A stretch of DNA of 39,986 nt from Actinomycetota bacterium. Its GTDB lineage: Bacteria > Actinomycetota > UBA4738 > JACQTL01. Of the stretch, positions 1 through 8,441 are shown piece by piece. Positions within the stretch are counted from its first letter, which is position 1. Every line of letters begins with the position of its first letter. The stretch spans positions 1-39,986 of the forward strand of contig JBKOXF010000101.1 in NCBI GenBank assembly GCA_046724795.1, written 5' to 3'. The translations under genes were made by a program, and so were the position numbers. The notes beneath the pieces are model-generated. The model saw only the letters and a program-made list of their open reading frames with translations, ran no database searches and was not told the DNA's origin.

Positions 1-1378
1 TCAGCCCGATGTCGCCGACCCAGTGCAGCGCGCATGCGTGCGGGCAGCCGTCGAGGTTCAGCTTGAAGTTGCCGAGTCGCTCACCCCACTTCGACTCGAG
101 GTGGTCGACCAGCTCCCGCATCTTGCCCTTCGTCTCGGCGACCGAGTAGTTGCAGTGGGGCTCACCCGTGCATGCGATGGCGGTCGCTGCGAGCGGATGC
201 GCGTCGACGTCGAACCCGATCTCCAGGAGGCGCGCCTTCGCTTCGTCGAGTCGCGCCGCCGGCACGCCGCCGAGGATGAGGTTCTGCTGCTTCGTGATGC
301 GCACGTCGCCGCCCACCGAACCCGCGAGCTCTGCGATGTCGATGAGCTGCTGCCCGTTCGCGATGCCCACGGGGATCGGCACGCCCACGTGGTACAGCCC
401 GGGCTGCTTCTGCTCGTGCACGCCCATGTGATCGGTGAACCCGATCGACTCCGGCGCCGTGAACGACTCGAGCGTCCGGCCGAGGCGTTGCTCGACCTTC
501 TCGCGGATGGCCTCGGGCCCGTAGTCGTCGACCATGAACTTCATCCGGGCCTTCACCCGCGACAGGCGGTATCGCGTGTCCTCCTTCCACACGTCGAGGA
601 TCGTGCGGAGCACCTCGATGGCCTCATCGCGCGGGACGAACACGCCGAGATCACGCGCGATCCGCGGAACGGTGGAAAGGCCGCCGCCGATCCGGACCGC
701 GAACCCCTCGCGGCCCTCGTGCACGACGCCGATCAGGGGCAGGCAGTTGATCTCCGGCATGTCGCACTGGTGCGGGCACGCCGAGATCGAGATCTTGTGT
801 TTGCGCGGCAGGTCGAAGTAGTCGGGGTTCCCATAGAAGAACCGGGCGGCGGCCTCGACGTCCGCGGTGCAGTCGAATGCCTCCGTCGCCAGCACGCCCT
901 CCAGCGGGCATCCGGTGATGTTGCGGACGGCGTCGCCGCATCCGCCGGCGGTGGTGAGTCCCGCGCCGGCCAGCGCATCGAGGATGTCCGGGAGCTCCGG
1001 GAGGGTGATGAAGTGGAGCTGCACGTTCTGGCGGGTGGAGAGCTCCGCATAGCCCTTGCCGTGCCGGATCGCGACCTCGCCGATCGTGCGCAGGCTTTCC
1101 GGCGGCAGCAGCCCCGACGGGACCTTGATGCGGAGCATGAACGTCCCGACCTTCGGCTTGTCGTGGTACAGCCCGAACCACTTCAACCGAACGATGTCCT
1201 CCTCCGGGATGTCCAGGTAGTGCTTGGAGGCGAGCTCGGGCATCTCGTCCAGGAACGTGTGCAGCGGCTTCTCGCGTTTCAGGCGCTCGATCGAGTTGCG
1301 CTCCAGGACCTGCTCCCACGTTGGGGCAGGGCCGAGCGGCTTGCGCTCTCCGCCTCCGTACTTCCTGTCCTCTGACAC
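1..1378 (-). CDS. sirA: Ferredoxin-dependent sulfite/nitrite reductase hemoprotein (SirA/NirA family), 3'-truncated by the window edge
   Basis: Minus-strand frame (absent from the ORF track because its stop lies outside the window) reads VSEDRKYGG...RLKWFGLYHDKPKVGTFMLRIKVPSG...STRQNVQLHFI...AGGCGDAVRNITGCP...ISISACPHQCDMPEINC...ACTGEPHCNYSVAETKG...NLDGCPHACALHWVGDIGL. These are the typical siroheme/4Fe-4S Cys clusters. GTG start at 1378-1376 is preceded by GGAGCCAGGA. Confidence 0.85.
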   Translation of the reverse strand, partial: MSEDRKYGGGERKPLGPAPTWEQVLERNSIERLKREKPLHTFLDEMPELASKHYLDIPEEDIVRLKWFGLYHDKPKVGTFMLRIKVPSGLLPPESLRTIGEVAIRHGKGYAELSTRQNVQLHFITLPELPDILDALAGAGLTTAGGCGDAVRNITGCPLEGVLATEAFDCTADVEAAARFFYGNPDYFDLPRKHKISISACPHQCDMPEINCLPLIGVVHEGREGFAVRIGGGLSTVPRIARDLGVFVPRDEAIEVLRTILDVWKEDTRYRLSRVKARMKFMVDDYGPEAIREKVEQRLGRTLESFTAPESIGFTDHMGVHEQKQPGLYHVGVPIPVGIANGQQLIDIAELAGSVGGDVRITKQQNLILGGVPAARLDEAKARLLEIGFDVDAHPLAATAIACTGEPHCNYSVAETKGKMRELVDHLESKWGERLGNFKLNLDGCPHACALHWVGDIGL

Positions 1379-1442
1379 GTTCCTGGCTCCGGTCCGTCCG
1401 GTCACTCGATGTGCTTCTGCACTCGCATCTGCAACTGCCGTT

Positions 1443-1474
1443 GCAAAAAAGAAAAAGGGCCGCTCGCGCGGCCC
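1443..1474 (-). terminator. Intrinsic terminator inside the sulfite reductase leader (attenuator terminator)
   Basis: Minus strand reads GGGCCGC-GCGA-GCGGCCC followed by TTTTTCTTTTTTGC. It lies ~65 nt upstream of the reductase GTG and ~32 nt downstream of the Cys-rich sORF stop. Confidence 0.75.
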
Positions 1475-1506
1475 GGATGGGTTCGGGTGGAGCTATGGCC
1501 GCACGA

Positions 1507-1614
1507 TCATCTGGGCGCCTCACTCATGGCGCCCCAGCGCGTACAGCAGCAGCGGCAGGGGATCATCGCTGCGACTTCGCCTGCAGACCTCGTGCGGACC
1601 AAATTCCACTCCAT
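1507..1614 (-). CDS. Cys-rich leader peptide sORF (MEWNLVRTRSAGEVAAMIPCRCCCTRWGAMSEAPR; alternative start at 1566 gives MIPCRCCCTRWGAMSEAPR)
   Basis: Hand translation of the minus strand gives ATG...ATG ATC CCC TGC CGC TGC TGC TGT ACG...TGA. Four Cys codons fall within five consecutive codons (1557-1543). The sORF sits between a promoter-like element and a terminator, upstream of a sulfur-assimilation gene. Confidence 0.55.
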   Translation of the reverse strand: MEWNLVRTRSAGEVAAMIPCRCCCTRWGAMSEAPR

Positions 1615-1632
1615 TGGTCGGATTAACGCGCG

Positions 1633-1661
1633 ATTCTCCCCGTACCGGTGAGATGTGTCAA
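1633..1661 (-). promoter_or_regulatory. Candidate sigma-70-type promoter for the Cys leader and sulfite reductase
   Basis: Minus strand carries TTGACA (1661-1656), a 17-nt spacer and GAGAAT (1638-1633). The predicted TSS is ~12 nt upstream of the first sORF ATG. Confidence 0.4.
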
Positions 1662-1729
1662 GCGATCGGGAGGCCCACCGACTTTGTCAGACCCCCCTCC
1701 TAGCGTGGGAGCACGACGAGGAGGTGTCG

Positions 1730-2725
1730 ATGGAGGGGTTGCTGATCGGGCTGCTTGCGCTCGCCGCGGCCGTCGCCGTGGGTGCGGTGATCGTGCTCAG
1801 GGCACGACCGGCGTCTCCGCCTGGCGAAGGGTGGCTGGAGGCCCAGGCCTCGGAGCTCAGGCGGCTGAGCGATGCAGTGAGGAATCGCGACGGAGAGCAG
1901 GACCGGCTGCGCTCGGAGATCCAGGCTGCTCGGGAGGCCGTCGAACGGCTCCGTCTGCGCGACGAAGAGCGGCGAGCCCGGGACGCTGAACAAGGAGAGG
2001 TGATCCGGCGCCTGGCGGGCGTGCTCGCAGGCGGCCAGGCCACTGGCCGGGCCGGTGAGAACGTCCTCCGTGACCTTCTGGCCGAGCTTCCGCCCGGGAT
2101 GCTCGTCACGGACTTCCGGGTCAACGGAAGGGTGGTGGAGTACGGGCTTGCGTTGCCGGACGGGCGAACGCTTCCCATCGACTCGAAGTTGGCGGCGCTC
2201 CGCGAGCTCGAGGCGCTCGAGGCGGCAACGGACCCCGCGACGCGTGACGCGGCAGCCCGGGACGTCGAGCGGATCGTCACGATGCGCGCCCGCGAGGTGT
2301 CCGGCTACCTCGACCCATCCGTGACCGCGCCGGTCGCCATCGCCGCGATCCCGGATGCCGCGTACGGCGCGCTTCGCCGAGCGCACGCCGATGCGTTCAT
2401 ACGTGGCGTGGTGCTGGTCCCGTACTCGTGCGCGCTCCCGGTCGTGCTGTTCCTGTACAGCCTGGTCTCCCGGTACGGACAGACCGCCGACGTACAAGGG
2501 TGCCTCGCCGAGATCGCGGCCGCCCTCGGGGCGATGGAGTCGGTGATCGAGAACAAGCTGGCCCGGTCGGCGGTGATGCTCTCGAACGCGACCGGCGAGC
2601 TTCGAGCCGAGGTGGGCAGGGCCCGAGGGTCCATCGCCAGGGCCCGCGGCTCCGGGCAGACCATCGACCACGATCCGCCGACCAGGGGAGGTGACGCCGG
2701 GGAGCTCCTTCGCGTCGTCGATTAG
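1730..2725 (+). CDS. rmuC: DNA recombination protein RmuC family
   Basis: N-terminal TM helix, then a coiled-coil, then GRAGENVLRDLLAELPPGM...VEYGLALPDGRTLPIDSKL, the RmuC nuclease-like core. Start moved to ATG 1730, which sits behind GAGGAGG. Confidence 0.7.
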   Translation: MEGLLIGLLALAAAVAVGAVIVLRARPASPPGEGWLEAQASELRRLSDAVRNRDGEQDRLRSEIQAAREAVERLRLRDEERRARDAEQGEVIRRLAGVLAGGQATGRAGENVLRDLLAELPPGMLVTDFRVNGRVVEYGLALPDGRTLPIDSKLAALRELEALEAATDPATRDAAARDVERIVTMRAREVSGYLDPSVTAPVAIAAIPDAAYGALRRAHADAFIRGVVLVPYSCALPVVLFLYSLVSRYGQTADVQGCLAEIAAALGAMESVIENKLARSAVMLSNATGELRAEVGRARGSIARARGSGQTIDHDPPTRGGDAGELLRVVD

Positions 2726-2780
2726 CCCTCCACGCGTGGTGCGCGTTTGCCCAACCAAGCGCGCGACGGTAGAAGGGTCT

Positions 2781-3536
2781 GTGGGCCGCACGATCGCGGT
2801 GGCGAACCAGAAGGGCGGGGTGGCCAAGACCACCAGCGTCGCCGCGCTCGGCGCAGCGTTGGGGGACCGCGAGCGCCGGGTCCTCGTCGTCGATCTGGAT
2901 CCCCAGGCGTGCCTGACGTTCAGTTTGGGATTCGATCCAGACAAGCTCCAACCGACCATCCACGACGTGTTCGTGGGGCGGTGCGGGATGGAGACGACCA
3001 TCGTCCCGGTCGACCAGGAATCGTTCGAGCTCGTGCCGGCGAACATCGACCTGGCGGGGGCGGAGGCCTACCTCCTCACGCGGACGGGCCGGGAGTACGC
3101 GCTGCGCTCGGCCCTCGAGGACGTCGCCGGGTCGTACGACGTGATCGTGCTGGACTGCCCGCCCTCGCTCGGCGTGCTGACGATCAATGCACTCACAGCG
3201 GCGGATGAGGTCGTGATCCCGTTGCAGTGCGAGGCCCTTTCGCATCGGGGGGTGGGGCAGCTTCTGGGGACGATCGAGGACGTCCGCAGGCTCACGAACC
3301 GGGACCTCCGCGTGGCCGGCGTCATCCCCACGATGTTCGACGCCCGGACCACACACTCCAAGGAGGTGCTCGCCGATGTCGGCGACCGCTACGGCCTTCA
3401 CGTGTTCCAGCCCCCGGTGCGCAAGAGCGTGCGGTTCGCCGAAGCGCCGCTGGAGGGAAGGTCGATCCTGCGGTTCGCGCCCGGTCATCCCGGGGCCGAG
3501 GCCTACCGCACGATCGCCCGGGACCTGGTGCCGTGA
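2781..3536 (+). CDS. ParA/Soj-family P-loop ATPase (orphan ParA-like)
   Basis: Deviant Walker A in IAVANQKGGVAKTTS, then VLVVDLDPQ and DVIVLDCPPSLG. GTG start at 2781 follows GAAGGG. Confidence 0.85.
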   Translation: MGRTIAVANQKGGVAKTTSVAALGAALGDRERRVLVVDLDPQACLTFSLGFDPDKLQPTIHDVFVGRCGMETTIVPVDQESFELVPANIDLAGAEAYLLTRTGREYALRSALEDVAGSYDVIVLDCPPSLGVLTINALTAADEVVIPLQCEALSHRGVGQLLGTIEDVRRLTNRDLRVAGVIPTMFDARTTHSKEVLADVGDRYGLHVFQPPVRKSVRFAEAPLEGRSILRFAPGHPGAEAYRTIARDLVP

Positions 3537-3584
3537 CGGGGGGTTCGGGGGCGTAGCTCTCGTGTCGCCACATGAGGAGGAGAG

Positions 3585-3947
3585 GTGATGACGAGCGGAC
3601 CCCCCGATCGGACGGGCGAGAACGGCGAGGTCCGACAGTTTCCCCCGGTGCAGACCGACCCGAGGGCTCGGCATCCCAGCATGCGTGCCGACCGGGACCT
3701 TCCGCCAGACCACGACCCGATGGGGAAGATGGCGCTGTTCTCATCGCAGGCTCCGCCCGCTCCCACCGGGACCCTCCTGATCGACTGCTCATCGTGCCAC
3801 CGGGAGACGCCGGTCAGCACGATCCAGCTGGTCCGCTCGGCCTTCCCGTTCTCGCTGCACCTCCCGTTCATCCGGAGGTACCACTCCTTCATGCGGTGCC
3901 CCGCCTGCGGGCGCCACACGTGGATTCGCATCCGCTGGCAGGTCTGA
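3585..3947 (+). CDS. Hypothetical protein with a C-terminal zinc-ribbon (CSSC...CPAC)
   Basis: Strong GAGGAGGAGAGG RBS precedes GTG/ATG at 3585/3588. The N-terminus looks disordered. The C-terminus reads LIDCSSCHRE...MRCPACGRHTW. Confidence 0.55.
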   Translation: MMTSGPPDRTGENGEVRQFPPVQTDPRARHPSMRADRDLPPDHDPMGKMALFSSQAPPAPTGTLLIDCSSCHRETPVSTIQLVRSAFPFSLHLPFIRRYHSFMRCPACGRHTWIRIRWQV

Positions 3948-3995
3948 CCGCTCGATCCGTGGTCGCGAATCGGACCTTCGGATAGGCTGGGATTC

Positions 3996-4718
3996 GTGCA
4001 GTTCCCGAAAGTGCTCGCCGTGTTCGCGCACCCCGACGACGGAGAATTCGGCTTCGGCGGGACGGTCGCCAAGTGGGCCGACGAGGGCTCCGAGATCCAC
4101 TACGCCTGCATCACCGATGGGTCGGCCGGGTCGAACGAGCCGGGCGCGACCCGGGAAGGACTCCGACCCATCCGCAAGCGGGAGCAGCTCGCCGCGGCGA
4201 AGGTCCTCGGCGTCAAGGAGTGCCACTTCTTGGGATTCGTCGACGGAGAGCTCGAGCTCACGATGGACGTCCGCCGGGCCATGACTCGGGTGGTTCGCGC
4301 GGTGCGACCGGACGTGATCCTCGGGCCCGATCCGACACGTCTGTGGAACCGTGACCGGACCTACATCAACCACCGCGACCACCGCGTGGCCGGCGAGGCG
4401 GCGCTCACGGTCGTGATGCCCGACGCGCCGACGCGTCCGCAGTTCCCGGAGCTTCTGGACGAGGGCCTGGAGCCCTTCGAGGTCCCGGCGCTGTGGTTGG
4501 CCTCCGAAGAGGGCGACACGCTCGTCGACATCTCCTCGACCATCGACCGCAAGCTCGACGCGCTCGGCTCCCACGAGTCCCAAGTGAGCGGCTTCGGAGG
4601 CGATTGGCAGGACTGGGTGCGCAAGATGGCGAAGGAGCGAGGAGCTCCTGCCGGGATGGAGTACGCCGAATCCTTCCGGACGTTCAACCTTCGCGAGGAT
4701 GAGGACAGCGACGACTGA
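3996..4718 (+). CDS. PIG-L (LmbE-like) family N-acetylglucosaminyl deacetylase
   Basis: Metal-binding signature in VFAHPDDGEFGFGGT, plus a downstream HRDH. Length is typical of LmbE-type proteins. Confidence 0.8.
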   Translation: MQFPKVLAVFAHPDDGEFGFGGTVAKWADEGSEIHYACITDGSAGSNEPGATREGLRPIRKREQLAAAKVLGVKECHFLGFVDGELELTMDVRRAMTRVVRAVRPDVILGPDPTRLWNRDRTYINHRDHRVAGEAALTVVMPDAPTRPQFPELLDEGLEPFEVPALWLASEEGDTLVDISSTIDRKLDALGSHESQVSGFGGDWQDWVRKMAKERGAPAGMEYAESFRTFNLREDEDSDD

Positions 4719-5236
4719 TGGAACACGACCCGGATCCGAGTGAGGAAGAGAGCCCCAGGGGGCTCGATGCTCAGGAGCGCGAGGACATCGAGCTCGATCT
4801 GGAGGATCTCCGGGGGATGCAGCAAGTGTTCGAGCCACAGGGCGTCCGCGGCGTCGTCATCGCCTGCCCCGATTGCGGATCGAACCACTTCTACGAATGG
4901 GATCTGCTTCGAGAAAACCTCGACTACATGCTCCAACACGGCGAGCCCCGGATGCACGAGCCGGCGTACGAGCCCCGCGAGGACGAGTACATCCAGTGGG
5001 ACTACGGCAAGGGCTACGTGGACGCGTTGACCGACGCCGGGTTGGGGATGGCTCGCACCGTCAACACGGATGCGTGCCCGTGGTGCAGGACGCCATTCGG
5101 GGACAAGTACCTGTTCTGTCCCCGTTGCGGCCGATCGCTCGCGCCGCTCCGTATCTACGAGCAACTTGTCGAACGGGGGATGGACGAGCGCGAGGTCCGC
5201 GGGCTCTTGGTGAAAGCCGGCTTTGAACCCTTCTGA
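4718..5236 (+). CDS. DUF5319-like protein with an extra C-terminal zinc-ribbon
   Basis: The core GVRGVVIACPDCGSNHFYEWDLLRENLDYMLQHGEPRMHEPAYEP resembles DUF5319. The C-terminus CPWCRTPFGDKYLFCPRCG is a CxxC-x10-CxxC ribbon. The start overlaps the upstream stop (TGATG). Confidence 0.65.
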   Translation: MEHDPDPSEEESPRGLDAQEREDIELDLEDLRGMQQVFEPQGVRGVVIACPDCGSNHFYEWDLLRENLDYMLQHGEPRMHEPAYEPREDEYIQWDYGKGYVDALTDAGLGMARTVNTDACPWCRTPFGDKYLFCPRCGRSLAPLRIYEQLVERGMDEREVRGLLVKAGFEPF

Positions 5237-5260
5237 TCCCAAGCGGCGGACGGCGGTGCC

Positions 5261-5608
5261 TTATCCGATGCGCAAGGCCGCGGTCGCAGCGGCGAGTGTC
5301 AGAAGCACGCCATCCCCGAACAGGAATGCAGTCGAGTCGTGAACCCGGAGCCGAAGGACGAAGGCTCCTATCATCAGCAGTACGAGGCCGATGGCAGCGG
5401 CGGCGCCCAGCGGCGCCGCCCCGAACCCGGCGAGCAGGCCGAGGGCCGCAGCCGCCTCGAGGATCCAGATACGTCGGTAGCGATGCCAGCCAATGTGCAG
5501 CCGCTCGGCCGTCTGCACCTGTGATTTCGCACCGAGCAGCTTGCCAGCAGCGGCGCCGCCGAACACGAATACGAGCAGTCCGGACAACACGTCGGTCGCG
5601 ATCTGCAT
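5261..5608 (-). CDS. DoxX-family small membrane protein
   Basis: Four predicted TM helices and a Gly/Ala/Leu-rich composition. The RBS AGGAAGGAGG lies upstream of the ATG. Confidence 0.65.
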   Translation of the reverse strand: MQIATDVLSGLLVFVFGGAAAGKLLGAKSQVQTAERLHIGWHRYRRIWILEAAAALGLLAGFGAAPLGAAAAIGLVLLMIGAFVLRLRVHDSTAFLFGDGVLLTLAAATAALRIG

Positions 5609-5760
5609 CTGAGCCTCCTTCCTGGCGTCGCGATGGAAGGACGGTTCAGCGTCGGGGAATGTGACATCGACATGGCGACGGGGGGCGCAGTCTCATCGAG
5701 AGTGGGAGCGTTTACGAAGAGATTACTGATAGCACCCCGGAACTCTCGCCCACGCGAGAG

Positions 5761-8361
5761 CTATGTCGCGGGAGGCTCCAGAACGCAGTCCTCCGGTTCC
5801 TTGTCGGGTCGCAGGCCCTTGTACGACGGGGCGCGGAGCTTGCCGGCGCTCGTCATCTGCAGGTACTCGACCTCGCAAACCAGCTTCGGCTCAACGAACC
5901 GCGCGCCCCTGATCTTCCGCAGCTCCGGCTCATCGATGGGCGGGTCCTTGCGCAACAACGGCTTCAGCCGGTCCATCAGGTCGGTGAGCATCCGATCGGT
6001 GAACCCGGTGCCAACCTGACCGATCCACGTCAGCGCTCCTTCGATGTACGCCCCGACCAGTAGCGCGCCGAACACATCCGTGCGCCGGCCCTCGCCGGGG
6101 GTCCACCCGAGGATCACGCAGTCCTGCGTGTTCAGCAGCTTGATCTTTCGCCATTCACCGGTGCGCTTCCCGGGGTGGTACCGAGACCCGAGTCGCTTCG
6201 CCACAACGCCCTCGAATCCGAGATCCTTCGCCGCGGCGGTGAACTTCTTCCCCTCGCCGTCCACGTAGTAGGTGACCTGCATGCGAGCGGGGGAGTCGAT
6301 CACCAGGATCTTCTCGAGCCGCTCTCGCCGTTCCTCCACCGGCAGGCCGATCAGTTCCTCTCCATCGAGGTAGAGCACGTCGAACACGGCCAGGTCCACC
6401 GGGATCTGTCGGCGCATCCGATCGATGTCGCCCTTCGCCTGCAGGTTGATGCGGCTCTGCAGCCGCTCGAACGACGTCCGACCCTGCTCGTCGATGGCCA
6501 CGATCTCCCCGTCGAGCACGGCCGTCGTTCCGGTGATCCACTGCCACACGTTGAGGAGCTCGGGGTACTGCGCCGACTGATCGCGGTCCGTCCGCGACAC
6601 CAGCCGGACCTCCTCCCCCTCGACGTACACGAGTGTTCGCACCCCGTCGAACTTCGGTTCGAACCGCCACTTGGGGTCGTCGAACGGCTTGTGGCCGCCT
6701 TCGGCCAGCATCGGCGAGTACCTCGGCGGCGACGTCCCGGCCGGAAGCTCCTCCGTCGCGCTCGCCATGAAGATGAGCCACCCCTGGTTCGTCTTCACCA
6801 GGTGGTACTCGGTGCCGTTGTACCGCTCACCGAACAGTCGGAACGACACCTTCTTGTCGGTCCATTCCTCGAGCTCGTACGTGCCGTGATCCCAGATCAC
6901 GACCTCGCCGGCTCCGTAGTGGCCCTTCGGGATATTCCCCTCGAACGTCCCGTACTCGAGCGGGTGGTCTTCCGTCTGGATCGCCAGGTGCCGCACGCCC
7001 TTCCTCGTGGGCGGTCCTTTCGGCACGGCCCACGACACCAGCACGCCGTCGCGCTCGAGGCGGAGGTCGTAGTGCAGCCGGGTGGCCCGATGCTTCTGGA
7101 TCACGAACGAGTTCCCCTCGCCGATCTCGCCACTCGGTCCCGGCTCCGGCGTCCCCGTGTCGGAGAGGTCACGCTTCTTCAGGTATTCGGCGAGCTTCGG
7201 ATCCTTGGACCGCGCGATGACCTCTTCCGAGGTCTCGCGTTGTTTTGCCTTCGACCGACCCCGGCCGCCCTTCTGATCGGGGGATCCGCTCGCTGGTGCG
7301 TCTCCGCCCTGTGCCCCGCGACTCGAGCTCCTCCCCCGAGCCCCCTGGATCACGCCCGGCATCGCCGGCGCCTTCGAGAGGTCGACCCCCAGCGCGTCCA
7401 TCGCTGGCTTCAGATCCTGGGGCTCGTCGATCACCGGTCGGAACAGATCGCCCTGCTTCTTCAAGCGAGGCCAGATCGTCTTGATGGTGAAATCGATCGG
7501 GCGTACGCCCTTCTCCACTTCCTGCCACGTCACCGGCGTCGACACGGTCGCGCCGGCTTCCGGTCGCATCGAGTACACCGCCGCGATGTTCGCCCCGCTC
7601 CGGTTCATGTTGTGGTCGATGAACACCTTGCCGGAGCGCGTTCGGACCTCCCATTGCATGGTCACGCGGTCCGGGTCGGCCTTCTTGATCATCAGCCCGA
7701 TCAGCCGCACGAACTCCCGGACCTCGTCGTGCGTGAACCGCGGTTCGATCGGTACGTAGATCTGCATCCCCGTGGCGCCGCTCGTCTTCGCGTAGGCCTC
7801 GAGCCCGAGCACGTCCACCGCCGCCTTCACGTGGCGGGCCACCGCCAGCACGTCCTCGAACTCGACGTCGAAAGGATCGAGATCGAAGAAGGCGTAGTCC
7901 GGGTACTCGTAGCTGTCGCACCGCGAGTGCAGCGGGTGGAACTCGATGCACCCCAGATTGGCCATGAACAGCAGCCCTGCGGTGTCGTCCACCATCAGGT
8001 AATCGATGATTTTGTTCCGTGCGTCCTCGCTCTCCACGGGACACCGACGCATCCAGTCCGGTGTGTTCGGAGGGGCGTTCTTCTCGTAGAAGAACTGGCC
8101 GGAGATGCCGTTGGGCATCCGCTTCATCGTCAAAGGCCGCCCGGCGAGGTAGGGGAGGATGTACTCGGCGGCGTTGTAGTAGTAGGCGACCAGGTCGCCC
8201 TTCGTGTAGCCCTCCTCCGGCCAGAACACCTTGTTCAGGTTGGACAGCCGGACCTCGCGGCCCTCGATCTGGGCCCACCACACCTCGCCGTCGTGCTCCG
8301 CGGGCAGCGCTTTCGGGAAGTCCACCGTGAACGCAGGGCCCGTCGCCTTCCGCCTGGGCAT
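5761..8361 (-). CDS. ligD: Multidomain NHEJ DNA ligase LigD (primase-polymerase, phosphoesterase, ATP-dependent ligase)
   Basis: The Pol domain shows RLSNLNKVFWPEEGYTKGDL...FFDLDP. The PE domain shows FVIQKHRATRLHYDLRLE...SWAVPKGP. The ligase domain shows the adenylation motif EPKFDGVR. Confidence 0.95.
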   Translation of the reverse strand: MPRRKATGPAFTVDFPKALPAEHDGEVWWAQIEGREVRLSNLNKVFWPEEGYTKGDLVAYYYNAAEYILPYLAGRPLTMKRMPNGISGQFFYEKNAPPNTPDWMRRCPVESEDARNKIIDYLMVDDTAGLLFMANLGCIEFHPLHSRCDSYEYPDYAFFDLDPFDVEFEDVLAVARHVKAAVDVLGLEAYAKTSGATGMQIYVPIEPRFTHDEVREFVRLIGLMIKKADPDRVTMQWEVRTRSGKVFIDHNMNRSGANIAAVYSMRPEAGATVSTPVTWQEVEKGVRPIDFTIKTIWPRLKKQGDLFRPVIDEPQDLKPAMDALGVDLSKAPAMPGVIQGARGRSSSRGAQGGDAPASGSPDQKGGRGRSKAKQRETSEEVIARSKDPKLAEYLKKRDLSDTGTPEPGPSGEIGEGNSFVIQKHRATRLHYDLRLERDGVLVSWAVPKGPPTRKGVRHLAIQTEDHPLEYGTFEGNIPKGHYGAGEVVIWDHGTYELEEWTDKKVSFRLFGERYNGTEYHLVKTNQGWLIFMASATEELPAGTSPPRYSPMLAEGGHKPFDDPKWRFEPKFDGVRTLVYVEGEEVRLVSRTDRDQSAQYPELLNVWQWITGTTAVLDGEIVAIDEQGRTSFERLQSRINLQAKGDIDRMRRQIPVDLAVFDVLYLDGEELIGLPVEERRERLEKILVIDSPARMQVTYYVDGEGKKFTAAAKDLGFEGVVAKRLGSRYHPGKRTGEWRKIKLLNTQDCVILGWTPGEGRRTDVFGALLVGAYIEGALTWIGQVGTGFTDRMLTDLMDRLKPLLRKDPPIDEPELRKIRGARFVEPKLVCEVEYLQMTSAGKLRAPSYKGLRPDKEPEDCVLEPPAT

Positions 8362-8441
8362 ACGCCCATGCTAGACGGGAAGGTGCTGGTAGAGACCGGG
8401 GCACCAGCTACAATCGGACCTCCCACACGAAAGGCAGGGCC

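Noticed and set aside
1443-1660. Possible SAM or other metabolite riboswitch upstream of the sulfite reductase
   Set aside because: I could not recognise any SAM-I or SAM-IV core motifs by eye. The Cys-codon-rich sORF followed by a terminator explains the region better. A covariance-model scan (Rfam/Infernal) would settle this.
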